64,000 nucleotides of DNA from Tortispora ganteri (taxonomy: Eukaryota). Made by a program: the position numbers and the translations under genes. Within the stretch, counting starts at the first letter, position 1. Each line of letters begins with the position of its first letter. The stretch is from contig PPNB01000014.1 in the NCBI GenBank assembly GCA_003707115.1, forward strand, positions 1 through 64,000, written 5' to 3'. The notes below the pieces were generated by a model. The model did no database searches, was not told the origin of the DNA, and was given only the letters and a program-made list of their open reading frames with translations. Shown piece after piece: positions 19,778 to 30,923 of the stretch.

Positions 19778-22700
19778 ATGGACCTTGAACAACGCCGACA
19801 AATAATCGCAAATGACTATTCAGATGAAGATGGTGTCGATGAATATGATATAGCAGATTATTTATCTGATACTGAATCTGCGCGTCAAGACTCAGAATTT
19901 GATCGGATCCAGTCAAACCTCTATGGTGCGCTGGGGTTCGACTCAAGTAGATCAAAAACCCGTCGATCAGCTACTAAGCAACCATCGCCACAAGTCAGGT
20001 CTTTGCTAGGCAGTGCAAATAACGCGTTCATAGAGCATGATCTTGATACAGCAGAAGCTTTATTGGCTGAAGCAATTGGTCTTGATGGACGCGTCTACAC
20101 CGCGTGGAAAACGCTTGGCGAAATCCACCTTGAACGCGGGTCAAAACAGAAATGCGTGATGGCTTGGATCCTCGCAGCACATCTGCGGCCAAAGGATGCT
20201 GAGCTGTGGGCTAGATGTGCAAAAATGTCCGCTGAGGTTGGTTACCACTCTCAGGCTTTATACTGCTTCAACCATGCCATCCTTGCTGAGCCACAGAATC
20301 CTACGCTCCTTTATGAGCGCGCAATGCTTTATAAAGATTTAGGCGATTTAAATAAAGCTATCACATCTATGCAGAAAGTTCATCAGCTGCTTCCAGATAA
20401 TCGAGAAGCTCTTCTCGAGCTAACATCTCTGCTTGTATCTGCTTCAAGACATGCTGAGGCCACCAAAATGTATGTTGATCTATACGCGGCTGCACGCGAT
20501 GACGCTCTTCTAAACCCTTCAGAACCAAAACAGTTCACTTCTAGCGATCTGAACGTTTTTTCTGAATTGCTAGCTGCCCAAAGACAATTCCGACTGGCAA
20601 TTACTAATATCAAGCAAATATCTCGTTGGTTGCAAGACAGAGAAAACCAGACGTTCTGGGATCAGTTCGACAATGACGCGGAGTACGACGAAAGACGCTT
20701 CAATGTGCCTGATTTTATCGACTACTGCAAAGACAATGACATTTCTTTGAATGATTCAGCATATTCTCTGCCGCTAGATCTTCGTACAAAGTTGGCTTTG
20801 TATCGACTTAAATTAGGGAATCTAGAAGAGGCCAAAGTGCATGCTGATATCGTTTTGTACTCAGCACCAAATCAATATTCGAGTGCTGAATCTTACGCTG
20901 ATTTGTTTCTCAAGCTCGGTGATGGCATGCTGGAATCTCGGCAATATGAATTAGCATTGAACTTCTATGTGCCTCTGTCTGACTTAGATGGTCAATCCAC
21001 TGCTCACCTAGTCATGTCCATGGGTGACTGTCTGAACGCTTTAGGCGACTATGACCAAGCTGAAGAGGCATATAGGACTGTGATACTACACGATGATAAA
21101 AACATTGATGCAAAAATAGCACTGGTTCGAGTGTGGGAAAAAGTCGGCAGAATTAATGATGCCTTGTTACTAGTGAAATATGCTATCTGGCAACGGGACC
21201 GAGATTCTCAATCGACAAGTGATAATGACCGATTAAGTAAGCTCAAGTTTCTCAAACATGAGGCTGACCTCAGATCATTTACCGAAGAAGAGCGCAAACT
21301 TGTCAGTATGTTAATCCGAGGAAATGAGTACACAGATGAAGATAGTCCCGAAAATTACGATATACAGGGAAAATCAGATATGGACGTTGAAGCAACAGAA
21401 ACAGCCGATAATTCAATGATAGACCCGGCGCTTCTGGGAATCACGGAAGAGTCAGATGATGACAAATACTGTATAATACCAAATGCGCCATTAATACCCA
21501 ACAAGGGCGCTGAAGCGAGAAAGAATCAGAAGGCTTCACTCACCCGTGCTGAACGTGAGGCTGCTGAACATGATGCTACTGAGCAAGTCCTCTCGAGCTA
21601 CAATTCCTTAATGCAAGATCAAGAAGGCATATCCGAAAACAGTCCGATAGCAGTAGCAGAATGGCTAATGGTAGCTTCCACGATGGTCGAGATGTTCGTT
21701 CGCACTAAATCTTTCTTCCCATCGGATCGGAGTAAGGTTTTCTCGGGTGTAGCATTAGCACAGAATCGTGCGAGCAAGCTCGGAGTTGATGAGACACTTA
21801 TTGGGTTAGGCTTGCATATGCGTGAAACATTGCTGGCTGATGCTGATATGTCGCAGCCACAATCAAGCTTTCAGATAGCAGAGCCGGTCTCCGTAACGGA
21901 TGAATCTTTAGAATGGCGTGGTCTGAAAATTAGTGAATGGTTTAGGATATGCATGGAATATTCTCTGAATCTGGCGAAATATGAAGATGTTGAAGACGCA
22001 TATACAGTGTTGAACCAAGTGAAAGGAGCCAACGTCTTCTTTCAGCACCCACAGCGAAATAGGACGATGTTATTTGTACATCTTGCCTGTACGATATACG
22101 CAGAAGATTACTCTGAAATGCAGGATGTCATTCGTCAAATATTGAACAAATATCCGTTTGAAACCGATGGATACAGGTTGTTCCCATTGTGTCTTTCAAG
22201 AAAAGAAGCTGCATTGAAGTTTTTATGCCATGCAAACCACCAGAAGTTTTTTTTGAGGCAGATCAAAAGCCTTGATGCTTTAGTAACACACAAGCCAATT
22301 CAGGGAGCCAGACAAAGCATCCTTGATTTTGTTGAGCGTGAAATATCGGCCAGGCCAGAGTTGGACGACAACGAAAAAACGGATATCGAAGGTGGATCGA
22401 AACTAAGTGTTCCTACAACCGAAGATCCCGTTTTATTGATGCTGTATGGACAAATTCTGTTCTGCTCACGCAGTTATGTACCTAGTCTGAACTATTTCAT
22501 GAGAGCGTACGCGCTGATGGAGAAGCATCCTATGATACTTTTTTCGGTCGGGATCGCGTTCTTGCATCGTGCACGACAACGTCAAACAGCAAACAGGCAT
22601 CAACAGTTTCTACAAGCATTAAGCTTCTTGATCGAATACCGCGACGTCCGATCTGCTGCAGGATTAGAGGCTACAATAGAAGCCCAGTACAACATAGCAC

Positions 22701-22894
22701 GGGCCTTTCATTTCATGGGATTGACAACTTCAGCGGCGAAAATGTATTTAGCCCTTCTGGAGAACAGCGAGGCTACAGGTCCCTCGAGTAGCACTGTTCT
22801 GCGGTCATGTGCGTACAACCTACAGCTTATATACACAATTAGCGGAAACCCGCGAATGGCTCGAGCAATAGTGGATCGATATCTCGCAGTATGA
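19778..22894 (+). CDS. TFC4: TFIIIC TPR subunit (tau131/Sfc4)
   Basis: Multiple TPRs; AAHLRPKD, QRQTANRHQQ and EAQYNIARAFH motifs. Confidence 0.92.
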   Translation: MDLEQRRQIIANDYSDEDGVDEYDIADYLSDTESARQDSEFDRIQSNLYGALGFDSSRSKTRRSATKQPSPQVRSLLGSANNAFIEHDLDTAEALLAEAIGLDGRVYTAWKTLGEIHLERGSKQKCVMAWILAAHLRPKDAELWARCAKMSAEVGYHSQALYCFNHAILAEPQNPTLLYERAMLYKDLGDLNKAITSMQKVHQLLPDNREALLELTSLLVSASRHAEATKMYVDLYAAARDDALLNPSEPKQFTSSDLNVFSELLAAQRQFRLAITNIKQISRWLQDRENQTFWDQFDNDAEYDERRFNVPDFIDYCKDNDISLNDSAYSLPLDLRTKLALYRLKLGNLEEAKVHADIVLYSAPNQYSSAESYADLFLKLGDGMLESRQYELALNFYVPLSDLDGQSTAHLVMSMGDCLNALGDYDQAEEAYRTVILHDDKNIDAKIALVRVWEKVGRINDALLLVKYAIWQRDRDSQSTSDNDRLSKLKFLKHEADLRSFTEEERKLVSMLIRGNEYTDEDSPENYDIQGKSDMDVEATETADNSMIDPALLGITEESDDDKYCIIPNAPLIPNKGAEARKNQKASLTRAEREAAEHDATEQVLSSYNSLMQDQEGISENSPIAVAEWLMVASTMVEMFVRTKSFFPSDRSKVFSGVALAQNRASKLGVDETLIGLGLHMRETLLADADMSQPQSSFQIAEPVSVTDESLEWRGLKISEWFRICMEYSLNLAKYEDVEDAYTVLNQVKGANVFFQHPQRNRTMLFVHLACTIYAEDYSEMQDVIRQILNKYPFETDGYRLFPLCLSRKEAALKFLCHANHQKFFLRQIKSLDALVTHKPIQGARQSILDFVEREISARPELDDNEKTDIEGGSKLSVPTTEDPVLLMLYGQILFCSRSYVPSLNYFMRAYALMEKHPMILFSVGIAFLHRARQRQTANRHQQFLQALSFLIEYRDVRSAAGLEATIEAQYNIARAFHFMGLTTSAAKMYLALLENSEATGPSSSTVLRSCAYNLQLIYTISGNPRMARAIVDRYLAV

Positions 22895-23541
22895 ATCATT
22901 AATGATACGCAATCTGCCCTTCATACTTAATCATCTGTTGCCATAACAACACATTGGGATTAGAATATAGGGAGAAAGGGGCGGCAATAGATAAGTGTAG
23001 GTGTTTTAGCATTGGGAGGCTAAAATCCCCCCTTTCCCCAATACACCACATAGTTTTTCTCTTCCTTCTCCTCCCCCCTTTCCACCACAATCTGCAGAAA
23101 TACGCGTACCTTCTTGCAAGGTCCGTATACCTGATTAAAGTCTTTTTTTAGCAGAAGAAAGAAACTTTGATTACTTTTTCAGAGAAATTTGCCCGTATAA
23201 GGTATTCGTTTGACTTCCTCCTTGTTTTTGTGCGTCCCTCTTTCTCAGCACTTGACATCGTCGCCTTTTTTCCTTCGCCTTTTTTTTTTTGCTGTTCGTC
23301 TATCTTTCGCGACTACTCTTTGTTAGTTTGTTTTCGAACGAAAGTGTTACCTGTGTGAATCAATACTTGGTATATTCCCTCAAGCAAGTGACTGTACGCG
23401 TTATATATATAAAGAAAAGAAATCGGTTTCCGAAGGCATTGCTCGCACCAGGTTTACTAATCTAATACGGTTTACTTTTTGGTCTGCTGCATTTTCTCTT
23501 TGCTATTTCTGTTCCCTTGATCCTTTTCCTTTTGCACAACT

Positions 23542-24531
23542 ATGTCTGACCAAACCGATAATATCGACATCGACCATATTGTCGACCGTTTGCTGGAGGC
23601 CAGGGGCAGCCGTCCCGGCCGCAATGTAAATCTTGAAGAGCGCGAAATTAGATTTCTGTGCTCTAAAGCAAGAGAAATTTTCATGTCACAACCCATCTTG
23701 TTGGAATTAGAAGCTCCTATTAAGATTTGTGGGGATATTCATGGCCAGTATTATGACCTTCTGCGTCTGTTCGAATACGGTGGATTTCCCCCAGAAGCGA
23801 ATTATCTTTTCCTTGGTGACTACGTTGACAGAGGAAGACAATCTCTTGAAACTATCTGCTTGCTATTGGCATATAAGATCAAATACCCGGAAAATTTCTT
23901 TATTCTTCGCGGAAATCATGAATGCGCCTCTATTAACCGCATTTATGGATTTTATGACGAATGCAAACGAAGGTTCAACATAAAGCTTTGGAAGACCTTT
24001 ACTGATTGCTTCAACTGCCTTCCGATTGCTGCAATCATAGACGAAAAGATATTCACAATGCATGGCGGTCTCAGCCCTGACCTCAACTCCATGGAACAAA
24101 TTAGAAGAGTCATGCGCCCGACAGATATTCCTGATGTTGGTTTGTTATGCGATTTATTATGGTCCGATCCCGATAAGGACATTACTGGATGGAGCGAAAA
24201 CGACCGTGGTGTTTCGTATACTTTCGGACCGGATGTTGTATCACGTTTCTTGCAAAAGCACGACATGGACCTGATATGCCGTGCTCATCAAGTCGTTGAG
24301 GACGGTTATGAATTTTTCTCTAAACGTCAATTAGTTACGCTGTTTTCTGCTCCTAATTACTGTGGTGAGTTCGATAATGCTGGAGCAATGATGAGTGTTG
24401 ATGAAAGTTTACTATGCTCTTTCCAGATACTAAAACCTGCAGAGAAAAAGCAGAAATACCCTTATAACAACATGATATCTGGCAGCAGGCCTGTTACTCC
24501 ACCTAGGAAAGGAAAGAAAGGTGGCAAGTAA
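23542..24531 (+). CDS. GLC7: Ser/Thr protein phosphatase PP1 catalytic subunit
   Basis: [19 protein letters not shown] and SAPNYC motifs; very close to known PP1 sequences. Confidence 0.99.
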   Translation: MSDQTDNIDIDHIVDRLLEARGSRPGRNVNLEEREIRFLCSKAREIFMSQPILLELEAPIKICGDIHGQYYDLLRLFEYGGFPPEANYLFLGDYVDRGRQSLETICLLLAYKIKYPENFFILRGNHECASINRIYGFYDECKRRFNIKLWKTFTDCFNCLPIAAIIDEKIFTMHGGLSPDLNSMEQIRRVMRPTDIPDVGLLCDLLWSDPDKDITGWSENDRGVSYTFGPDVVSRFLQKHDMDLICRAHQVVEDGYEFFSKRQLVTLFSAPNYCGEFDNAGAMMSVDESLLCSFQILKPAEKKQKYPYNNMISGSRPVTPPRKGKKGGK

Positions 24532-24923
24532 AACGAGGGAACCCGGTCGACTCTATCTCTTCTATCTTTATTTCTTTCTCCTCCTTGCGTCTTTCTCTGC
24601 TCAACTCATGGTTCTCTTTTCGTTTCTCTTTTTTGCGTTCCATGTTGATCCGCATAGCATGCCTTTCTTTCGTTACCTTTTCACTATTCGAAAGAAACCG
24701 GTGGTATTTTTTTGCGCATTATCATTAAACCGTTACTGATCTTACGGTAATCGCGCTCCTGGACTATTACTTGTGTATGTGTCTGTGTGGTATCTGGTTC
24801 TGTTCACACACTTAGATCTATCAATAAGCTGGTTTTTTCCTTCCTCGCTGGCTGCTAATATATAATGTCTTCCCTTCTTGTCTATGATTGTATTGTAACT
24901 ACCCCTCCCAACTTGCGACACCG

Positions 24924-25347
24924 ATGTCGTACAAGTATCCTCGAGTGCGTATTGATTTCTGCACTAAGTGCAAATGGAATCTCAGAGCTGCGTGGTACGC
25001 TCAAGAGCTTCTGTCTACGTTTGCCGATCAACTCGGAGAAGTGGCAATGAGTCCAGCCGAGGCAGGATGCTTTGCGGTCCATGTAATCACGGAACAAGCG
25101 CAGGTTAAGATCTGGGACCGCAAGATTCAGAAAGGGTTTCCAGGTAAGTATTACCAACGCGCTTTGCAATTAGGTGTTAACAAATATAGACTCTAAAGAA
25201 CTCAAGCAGCTAGTTCGCGATGTCATTGATCCGGGCCGTGATCTAGGCCATGTGGATGGCCACAATAAGGAGGTGGTGGGTGCGGACATTACCGACTACA
25301 CAGATACGGTGTGTGTAGATTGTGAAAAGCCAGACAATTTACAGTGA
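24924..25347 (+). CDS. Rdx (SelT/SelW/SelH-like) CxxC protein; exons 24924-25143 and 25190-25347, 125 aa
   Basis: FCTKCKWNLRAAWYAQELLSTF...WDRK..GFP|DSKELKQLVRDVIDPGRDLGH. Splicing restores the conserved Rdx C-terminus. Confidence 0.88.
25144..25189 (+). other. Spliceosomal intron of the Rdx gene (46 nt)
   Basis: GTAAGT donor, TGTTAAC branch point, TAG acceptor. Confidence 0.85.
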
Positions 25348-25436
25348 TATCAGTCAATGGAGTTTAAATAAATAAATCAAGCATTGTTATTATGTTCTTA
25401 TCTATATATCAACGGAGTAGTGACAGTACCCCAGAT

Positions 25437-25465
25437 TTAGGGTTATAGGGCGAAAACGTGACTGC
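25437..25465. promoter_or_regulatory. Tandem TAGGG (Tbf1/Homol-E-like) plus Homol-D element upstream of RPL29
   Basis: TTAGGGTTATAGGG at 25437-25450 and CGTGACTGC (reverse complement contains CAGTCAC) at 25457-25465. Confidence 0.6.
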
Positions 25466-25539
25466 GTTTTGAAGGTCCCAAGCAGTAGTAGCACAACACC
25501 AGGAACTTAGGTCTTTCTGACTGCAACAGCAATACCGAC

Positions 25540-25734
25540 ATGTCAAAATCGAAGAATCATACCAACCATAATCAAAGCCGAAAGAACCACCGTAACGGTA
25601 TCAAGAAGCCAAAGACTCACCGTTACCCCAGCTTGAAGGGAGTTGACCCCAAGTTCCGCCGCAACCATCGCCATGCACTTCACGGCACTGCTCGCGCCCT
25701 TAAGGAAGAACGCGAGGCAGCTGCCGCTAAATAG
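25540..25734 (+). CDS. RPL29: 60S ribosomal protein L29 (eL29)
   Basis: [38 protein letters not shown]. Confidence 0.98.
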   Translation: MSKSKNHTNHNQSRKNHRNGIKKPKTHRYPSLKGVDPKFRRNHRHALHGTARALKEEREAAAAK

Positions 25735-25797
25735 GATGTGTTGTTTTTTTTTACGAAGAATAGCTGGATTCCAAAAAGAAAGCTATGATTAATATTA

Positions 25798-26868
25798 TCA
25801 TGTCTTGACTCGAGTGTTCGTATGTGTAGAAGTAGACCAAAGCGTGTCAACGGTCGAGGAGTACGAGGTCATTAATTTGGAGCAGTCCCTGAGTGTGTTG
25901 GAGCATAACTGCTTAACATCTTCAGTGCAGAATTCTGTGGACGTCTTTTGCTGCAGCAATTGAAGAGAAGACTGATAGCCCTTAGTGATTTCGGTCGACA
26001 GGTTAAACGAAGCCTGGAGCCAGTAGTTCAGCTGCGACAAGGTCTGTGACTCGATTTCGATCGAATCGCAGACGACATTTAGGGCTCCAATAGCTTCGTT
26101 TGTAGAATTAGATAGAGTGTAAAGCTGAGTTGATGCATTGTCTGTCAATTTCGGGGCTGTGATTGTAGTTAGAGCAGCATGTGCATCCGCTAGCGCTGCG
26201 GAATAGTAAGGATCTATATCGGATGTTTCATGTTGCGTCTGTGAGACAGGAGGAAGGTCTATAATGTTGTCAAAAGGTGTGTTCAAAGACAAGGGTAAAG
26301 AGGATGACGGATCATCGTTAGTTTGCGGCGATGAAGAAGGGCGCTCAGGTGATTGTTCAGGTGAACGATCAAACAGCCTCTTAAAGGGCGATTGCGACCG
26401 CGTTGATGCACGGCTAGGCGATGGGTTCCTTGAATCGGTTGCAGAATTCTCAGAGAGCCTTCCGGGGGACCGGGTAGGAGAAAGTGTTCTCAACATTGAC
26501 TTGAATTGGTTCAGGCCTCTTCTTCCGGGAAACAGCGAGGACTCCAATGATCGAAGCTGTTTGGTCTCCCGCACAAGGATAGCAGAAGCGACTGCACATC
26601 TAGTGGATAGATTTGATACCATTGATTCTATAAAATCCTGTGTTCTGAGCGAGTTTAAGGAAGCTAAAATGGATGTATGCATTTGTAGATCAGACTCTAG
26701 AGCCTGCAGCATGTCCGAGAGCCGGTCAAAGACGAGAACGTCGCTGTCCGGTTTAGGAGCTAGCGAGGGTGGTGGCGAAGTGTCTACATCGTCTGCGAGC
26801 GTAAAAGATGTTTCATTTTCTGAGTCGCTGCTGTAATGTGAAGGTCTTGCAGCTGCAAACACGTTCAT
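25798..26868 (-). CDS. Hypothetical protein with helical ends and an SP-rich linker
   Basis: 356-aa ATG ORF in a gene-sized gap; no family recognised. Confidence 0.65.
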   Translation of the reverse strand: MNVFAAARPSHYSSDSENETSFTLADDVDTSPPPSLAPKPDSDVLVFDRLSDMLQALESDLQMHTSILASLNSLRTQDFIESMVSNLSTRCAVASAILVRETKQLRSLESSLFPGRRGLNQFKSMLRTLSPTRSPGRLSENSATDSRNPSPSRASTRSQSPFKRLFDRSPEQSPERPSSSPQTNDDPSSSLPLSLNTPFDNIIDLPPVSQTQHETSDIDPYYSAALADAHAALTTITAPKLTDNASTQLYTLSNSTNEAIGALNVVCDSIEIESQTLSQLNYWLQASFNLSTEITKGYQSSLQLLQQKTSTEFCTEDVKQLCSNTLRDCSKLMTSYSSTVDTLWSTSTHTNTRVKT

Positions 26869-26955
26869 GGTCAGCAGGCGGTCCTTTGATGGAAGGCGGT
26901 GTGGGTATTATGTATGTGTGTGTGTGAGGAGAGAAGGGGGAAGGTAACTTGCGAC

Positions 26956-27492
26956 ATGACCTCCATAAAGCCATTCAGTGCGATGGACTTGTTCGAAATC
27001 GACAACATCAATTTAGATGTGTTGACGGAGAACTACCAGGCTGCATATTATCTCGATTACCTTTCGCGATGGCCGTCGCTGTTCTTCAAGACGATCGATT
27101 CAGATGGTGCGCCAAGCGGGTATATGATAGGCAAGGCTGAAGGCAAGGGCACAGACTGGCACGGCCACGTAACGGCGGTAACTGTTGCAGAAGATCACAG
27201 AAGACTCGGACTAGGTAGGCTGCTTGTTGATGAGCTTGAAAGAATTACCGACGAAGTGTACAAGGGCTACTTTCTGGACCTGTTCGTAAGAGTGAGTAAT
27301 GATCTGGCAATATCGATGTACAAAAACTTCGGGTTTTCGGTTTATAGGAGAGTGGTTGGATACTACTACGACGAGAAGAAAAGCGAAGATGCATATGATA
27401 TGCGCAAACCTTTGAAGAAGGATACTAAAAGAGAGAGTGTCAGGGAGAATGGTGAGTCATTCAGAGTGTCGCCGCGAGAAGTGGTCTTTTAG
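26956..27492 (+). CDS. NAT3: NatB N-terminal acetyltransferase catalytic subunit (NAA20)
   Basis: NLDVLTENY, WHGHVTAVTVA, DLFVRVSN and EDAYDMRKPL motifs. First ATG is at 26956. Confidence 0.96.
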   Translation: MTSIKPFSAMDLFEIDNINLDVLTENYQAAYYLDYLSRWPSLFFKTIDSDGAPSGYMIGKAEGKGTDWHGHVTAVTVAEDHRRLGLGRLLVDELERITDEVYKGYFLDLFVRVSNDLAISMYKNFGFSVYRRVVGYYYDEKKSEDAYDMRKPLKKDTKRESVRENGESFRVSPREVVF

Positions 27493-27824
27493 CGACCTTT
27501 TGGACGACTGTATGGGGGTAGGCAGATGCTTTGGACCTGCCAAAGATGTCTAGAGAAAAAGTGAGGTACGTATCATCTTGTTGCGCCTGATAAGAATACT
27601 ATTGCGCAATTTCTAGCATTGCACCTGGTCATAATGTCTCAAGTATGTACCATGAATCGCTTACGAATAGAACAGAACCACGAACCACGAACTACGAACA
27701 GGCAAGTTTCTATTTTTTGTAACCTTATGCGTGCCACATTCGACAAAGATAATTTGATAACATGTTGTTTTTACGACCATAGTTCTACGTAGAGCATCTC
27801 TAATAAACAGAGTGGTAATAGTGT

Positions 27825-28313
27825 TTACTTAAGAACAGCAGACAAAGCCTCTAGGACTTCGAGTTCAATTTTGGCTTCGGCAATTTCCTGCTCAGTGCCG
27901 CTTCCAGATGCAATCTTCTCAGCTTCGGCAAGTTTGGATCGGACAGCCGAAGCATCGAAATCTTCGACGTCGAAAGCCTCAACAGCATTGATGCTCAAAG
28001 TAGCGTCGGGCTGCATAATAGCGAAGCCTCCAGCGACAAAGTACTGTTTGCTAGTGCCGTCATTTCCGATAATATCAACAACACCAGGCTTCAATTGCTC
28101 TACACTAGGAGCGTGATTGGCAAGGATACCCATATCTCCAAGCGATGCTGGAATATTGACTTGTGTAACTTCGACATTCTTATACAAGGCTTGAGTAGGC
28201 AGAGCGAAATTCAGTCTCAATTTATCGGAGGCTCCCTCGGCATAGCCGCGTTTAGCAATTCTCACCGCGCTCTGGCCTAATCGCAAGCTCTTCATAAATT
28301 GCATTCGCTGCAT
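27825..28313 (-). CDS. ATP16: Mitochondrial ATP synthase F1 delta subunit (start ATG 28313, 28304 or 28295)
   Basis: QVNIPA..GDMGILANH.P..EQLKPG and FVAGGFA motifs; presequence ending RGYA. Confidence 0.96.
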   Translation of the reverse strand: MQRMQFMKSLRLGQSAVRIAKRGYAEGASDKLRLNFALPTQALYKNVEVTQVNIPASLGDMGILANHAPSVEQLKPGVVDIIGNDGTSKQYFVAGGFAIMQPDATLSINAVEAFDVEDFDASAVRSKLAEAEKIASGSGTEQEIAEAKIELEVLEALSAVLK

Positions 28314-28433
28314 TCTCAACTAGTCCTTTTCGAAAGCTGAATGTGTACGCTTGGTGTGCTGGTTTTTTCCTTCACCCCGAGTTCCGGTACTGGCCGAGCA
28401 AACTCCCGCTGCGCAAAACCACTGAATATTGCC

Positions 28434-30599
28434 ATGCCAACCAATTATCCAACACCAATGCCGAAGTTTACCGCCCCCCTAGACCCTACCACAGCAGTCG
28501 GGTTTGCTTATCTCAAGAGTCATTTACCAATACCAGCTGAGAACCCTCAAATGTCACCGCACAGCCCAATAGAGAAAACCTCTCGGGGTACTGGTCGCGT
28601 TCGCAGGTTCTCTAAGCGATCGCGAAGCGGATGCATACTCTGTAAGAAGCGCAAAAAGAAATGCGACGAGAAGAAACCAAAATGCACTTCGTGCACTCGC
28701 TTAGGAACCCATTGTGAATGGCCTACGTCCATGCCAGACCGAGACAGGTCTTCTTCACCATACTCTTTGCTGCCTAATACTATTGATACTTCTGCGATCG
28801 CAGTGCATCCTATGTCTTTTGATCAACGGTTCTCTGACTCGCTGCCACTCGACCACTACTTGGGGTACAGAGCGCCAAGCACCGCAGATCATGCCCGTGT
28901 TAATTCCTTGAATTCAATAGTACCTAGTTCTCCATCGCTACTATTGCACGGAGCATTAGATGATTTTGAGGAGTCAATTGACAGATTTAATGATGCCATA
29001 TCGCCTCTTACAGCTGCGGCGAGTTCTGGATCGCCTCAACAAATGTCACAAATGCTCAAAATGTTGATGGATTCTCCTCCTGCTGAGGACACGCAAGACA
29101 CAGCCACAGATCACGAATCTTCCGCATTTGATAAAACTTTGACCACATATCGTCCCTCTGCATCTCTTCAGTTTGTTCCTTCTACATCTAGCGATCTTTT
29201 CGATATCGAAACTGATTTCCTTAGCTTTTGGATATCCCATGTCGTTCCCTCAAACTCAGTTGTCGAAGCAAACAAGAGTGCATTTCTTGTATATATCATG
29301 CCAATGATGTCTTACTCTCCGGCAATACGCTCAACTGTATTTGCTTGGGCTGCGACCCAGCGCTACCACTTTTTCAACGACCCTAACGATCAAACTTTGG
29401 CTGAGCACTACAGCAACGATGCACTCACTAGGCTACGCGCTATCAACCCAACCCAAATGAACAAAAATGATATTGATACATCTATAGCTGCTGCATTACT
29501 TTATTGTGGTGTCGAATCAATGGGAGGTCTGGATCATTTTTGGCCAGAGGCGCTGTCAATAGCGAAGTCGATAATGGATACATATGGTGGTGAGCTGGCG
29601 TTCGCAAAAAGCGAAAGCCCGTCCCGATTATGGCTGGTACGCAACTTGTTCTATCACGATGTTCTCAGCGCTATTACGTGCAACACTGTTCCGCACATTT
29701 CAGATGTATCTCTCCTTATCGCAGAGTCGTGCCTGTTTGGTGTTCCGTTGAGCAAGCGTAACCTGTCCAGAGAGGGCAGGAACAGACGATTGTCTGTGGC
29801 TACTCAATCGTCTTCCTCTTCTAGTGATTCTAACTCATCTGTACATGGACCGAAACTTCCTAACCCTGCACTTGGAATGAGTGTGCCAGCGACGAGTGAC
29901 GATGACGGTTTTGAGCCAATGCCTGAATCGCGGGAGTTAGAAAAACTGCGGAAGTTATCGCGGGATCTTTCCGCTTCCGATGCGCTAATGGCCTACTCAC
30001 AGGGCATATTCTGTATACTATGGCGTGTTGCTAGACTTGCGTACGAAAATTTCACATTTCCGGAAAGCATGTTTGTCATATTCACTGATATTCGACGGCA
30101 GATTGAGACATGGCAGCCTTCATCAACAGAGTTTGCAAGCTCGTTTGAGCTAATGTATTTTGCAGAGGTTTACAGAGCGGCGGCGCGGTTGGCACTTTAT
30201 GTGACAATTATGCGGCATACGGACAATCTCGCGAAGATGTACCAAGATCCGCTAAGGAAGACATTCACCAGCGAAGAAATTGACCATAACATCTTCAAGA
30301 TTACGGATTTATCTTATGATTTGCACAGTTTGTCTCCTCCAGAGGCTGGAATTGTTTTCCCACTATTCCTTGCTGGTTGTTTAGCTAGAGATCACCACAC
30401 TAGGCACCGCATTATTCTGCGGTTAAGTCGACGAAAGGCAGAGACTGGTATTGCGAACTCGATACCTGCGATACGAATTATTTCGAGAATAGGGGAGATT
30501 CGAGAACAGTACCCTGAAAAAAGGAAGGAATTTTGGGCTAGCGAATGGGACTGGGTATCTGTTATGACTGAGCTGAATGTCAGGCCGATAGTGTCCTAA
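28434..30599 (+). CDS. Zn(II)2Cys6 transcription factor with a fungal-specific TF domain (in-frame ATG also at 28341)
   Basis: RSRSGCILCKKRKKKCDEKKPKCTSCTRLGTHCEW zinc cluster; YHDVLSA and FPLFLAGC motifs. Confidence 0.9.
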   Translation: MPTNYPTPMPKFTAPLDPTTAVGFAYLKSHLPIPAENPQMSPHSPIEKTSRGTGRVRRFSKRSRSGCILCKKRKKKCDEKKPKCTSCTRLGTHCEWPTSMPDRDRSSSPYSLLPNTIDTSAIAVHPMSFDQRFSDSLPLDHYLGYRAPSTADHARVNSLNSIVPSSPSLLLHGALDDFEESIDRFNDAISPLTAAASSGSPQQMSQMLKMLMDSPPAEDTQDTATDHESSAFDKTLTTYRPSASLQFVPSTSSDLFDIETDFLSFWISHVVPSNSVVEANKSAFLVYIMPMMSYSPAIRSTVFAWAATQRYHFFNDPNDQTLAEHYSNDALTRLRAINPTQMNKNDIDTSIAAALLYCGVESMGGLDHFWPEALSIAKSIMDTYGGELAFAKSESPSRLWLVRNLFYHDVLSAITCNTVPHISDVSLLIAESCLFGVPLSKRNLSREGRNRRLSVATQSSSSSSDSNSSVHGPKLPNPALGMSVPATSDDDGFEPMPESRELEKLRKLSRDLSASDALMAYSQGIFCILWRVARLAYENFTFPESMFVIFTDIRRQIETWQPSSTEFASSFELMYFAEVYRAAARLALYVTIMRHTDNLAKMYQDPLRKTFTSEEIDHNIFKITDLSYDLHSLSPPEAGIVFPLFLAGCLARDHHTRHRIILRLSRRKAETGIANSIPAIRIISRIGEIREQYPEKRKEFWASEWDWVSVMTELNVRPIVS

Positions 30600-30923
30600 A
30601 TGCGCAGGGTTTATTTGTATCTTATTTATTTCGATAATTTTAAGTGAATTAATTTTGTTACAATTCAATGTGGGCAGAAAGTGAACATTAACGATGGACC
30701 AAATGATCCACATAGGATCAATGGTGAGTAGTATGCCAGAGCATTAATCTAGTTTGCACAGAAATAGGAAAACAAGCATCAATTAATCGCTTGAAACCAG
30801 AGTGTAAGCAAACAACATCATTTTTTTGTTCATTTTTCGTTAGCTACTGGTAAAAGGTACATGTTTTAAAACCCATGACAGTAAAATTCATAGCTATTAG
30901 ACATGTTTTACGAGATGCCAAAT

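Noticed and set aside
22900..23541. 5' UTR intron in GLC7 (TACTAAT near 23455)
   Set aside because: There is no AG acceptor between the motif and the ATG.
25345..25347. TGA at the end of the SelW-like gene read as selenocysteine
   Set aside because: The active motif is already CxxC, the TGA is terminal, no SECIS is evident, and ascomycetes lack Sec machinery.
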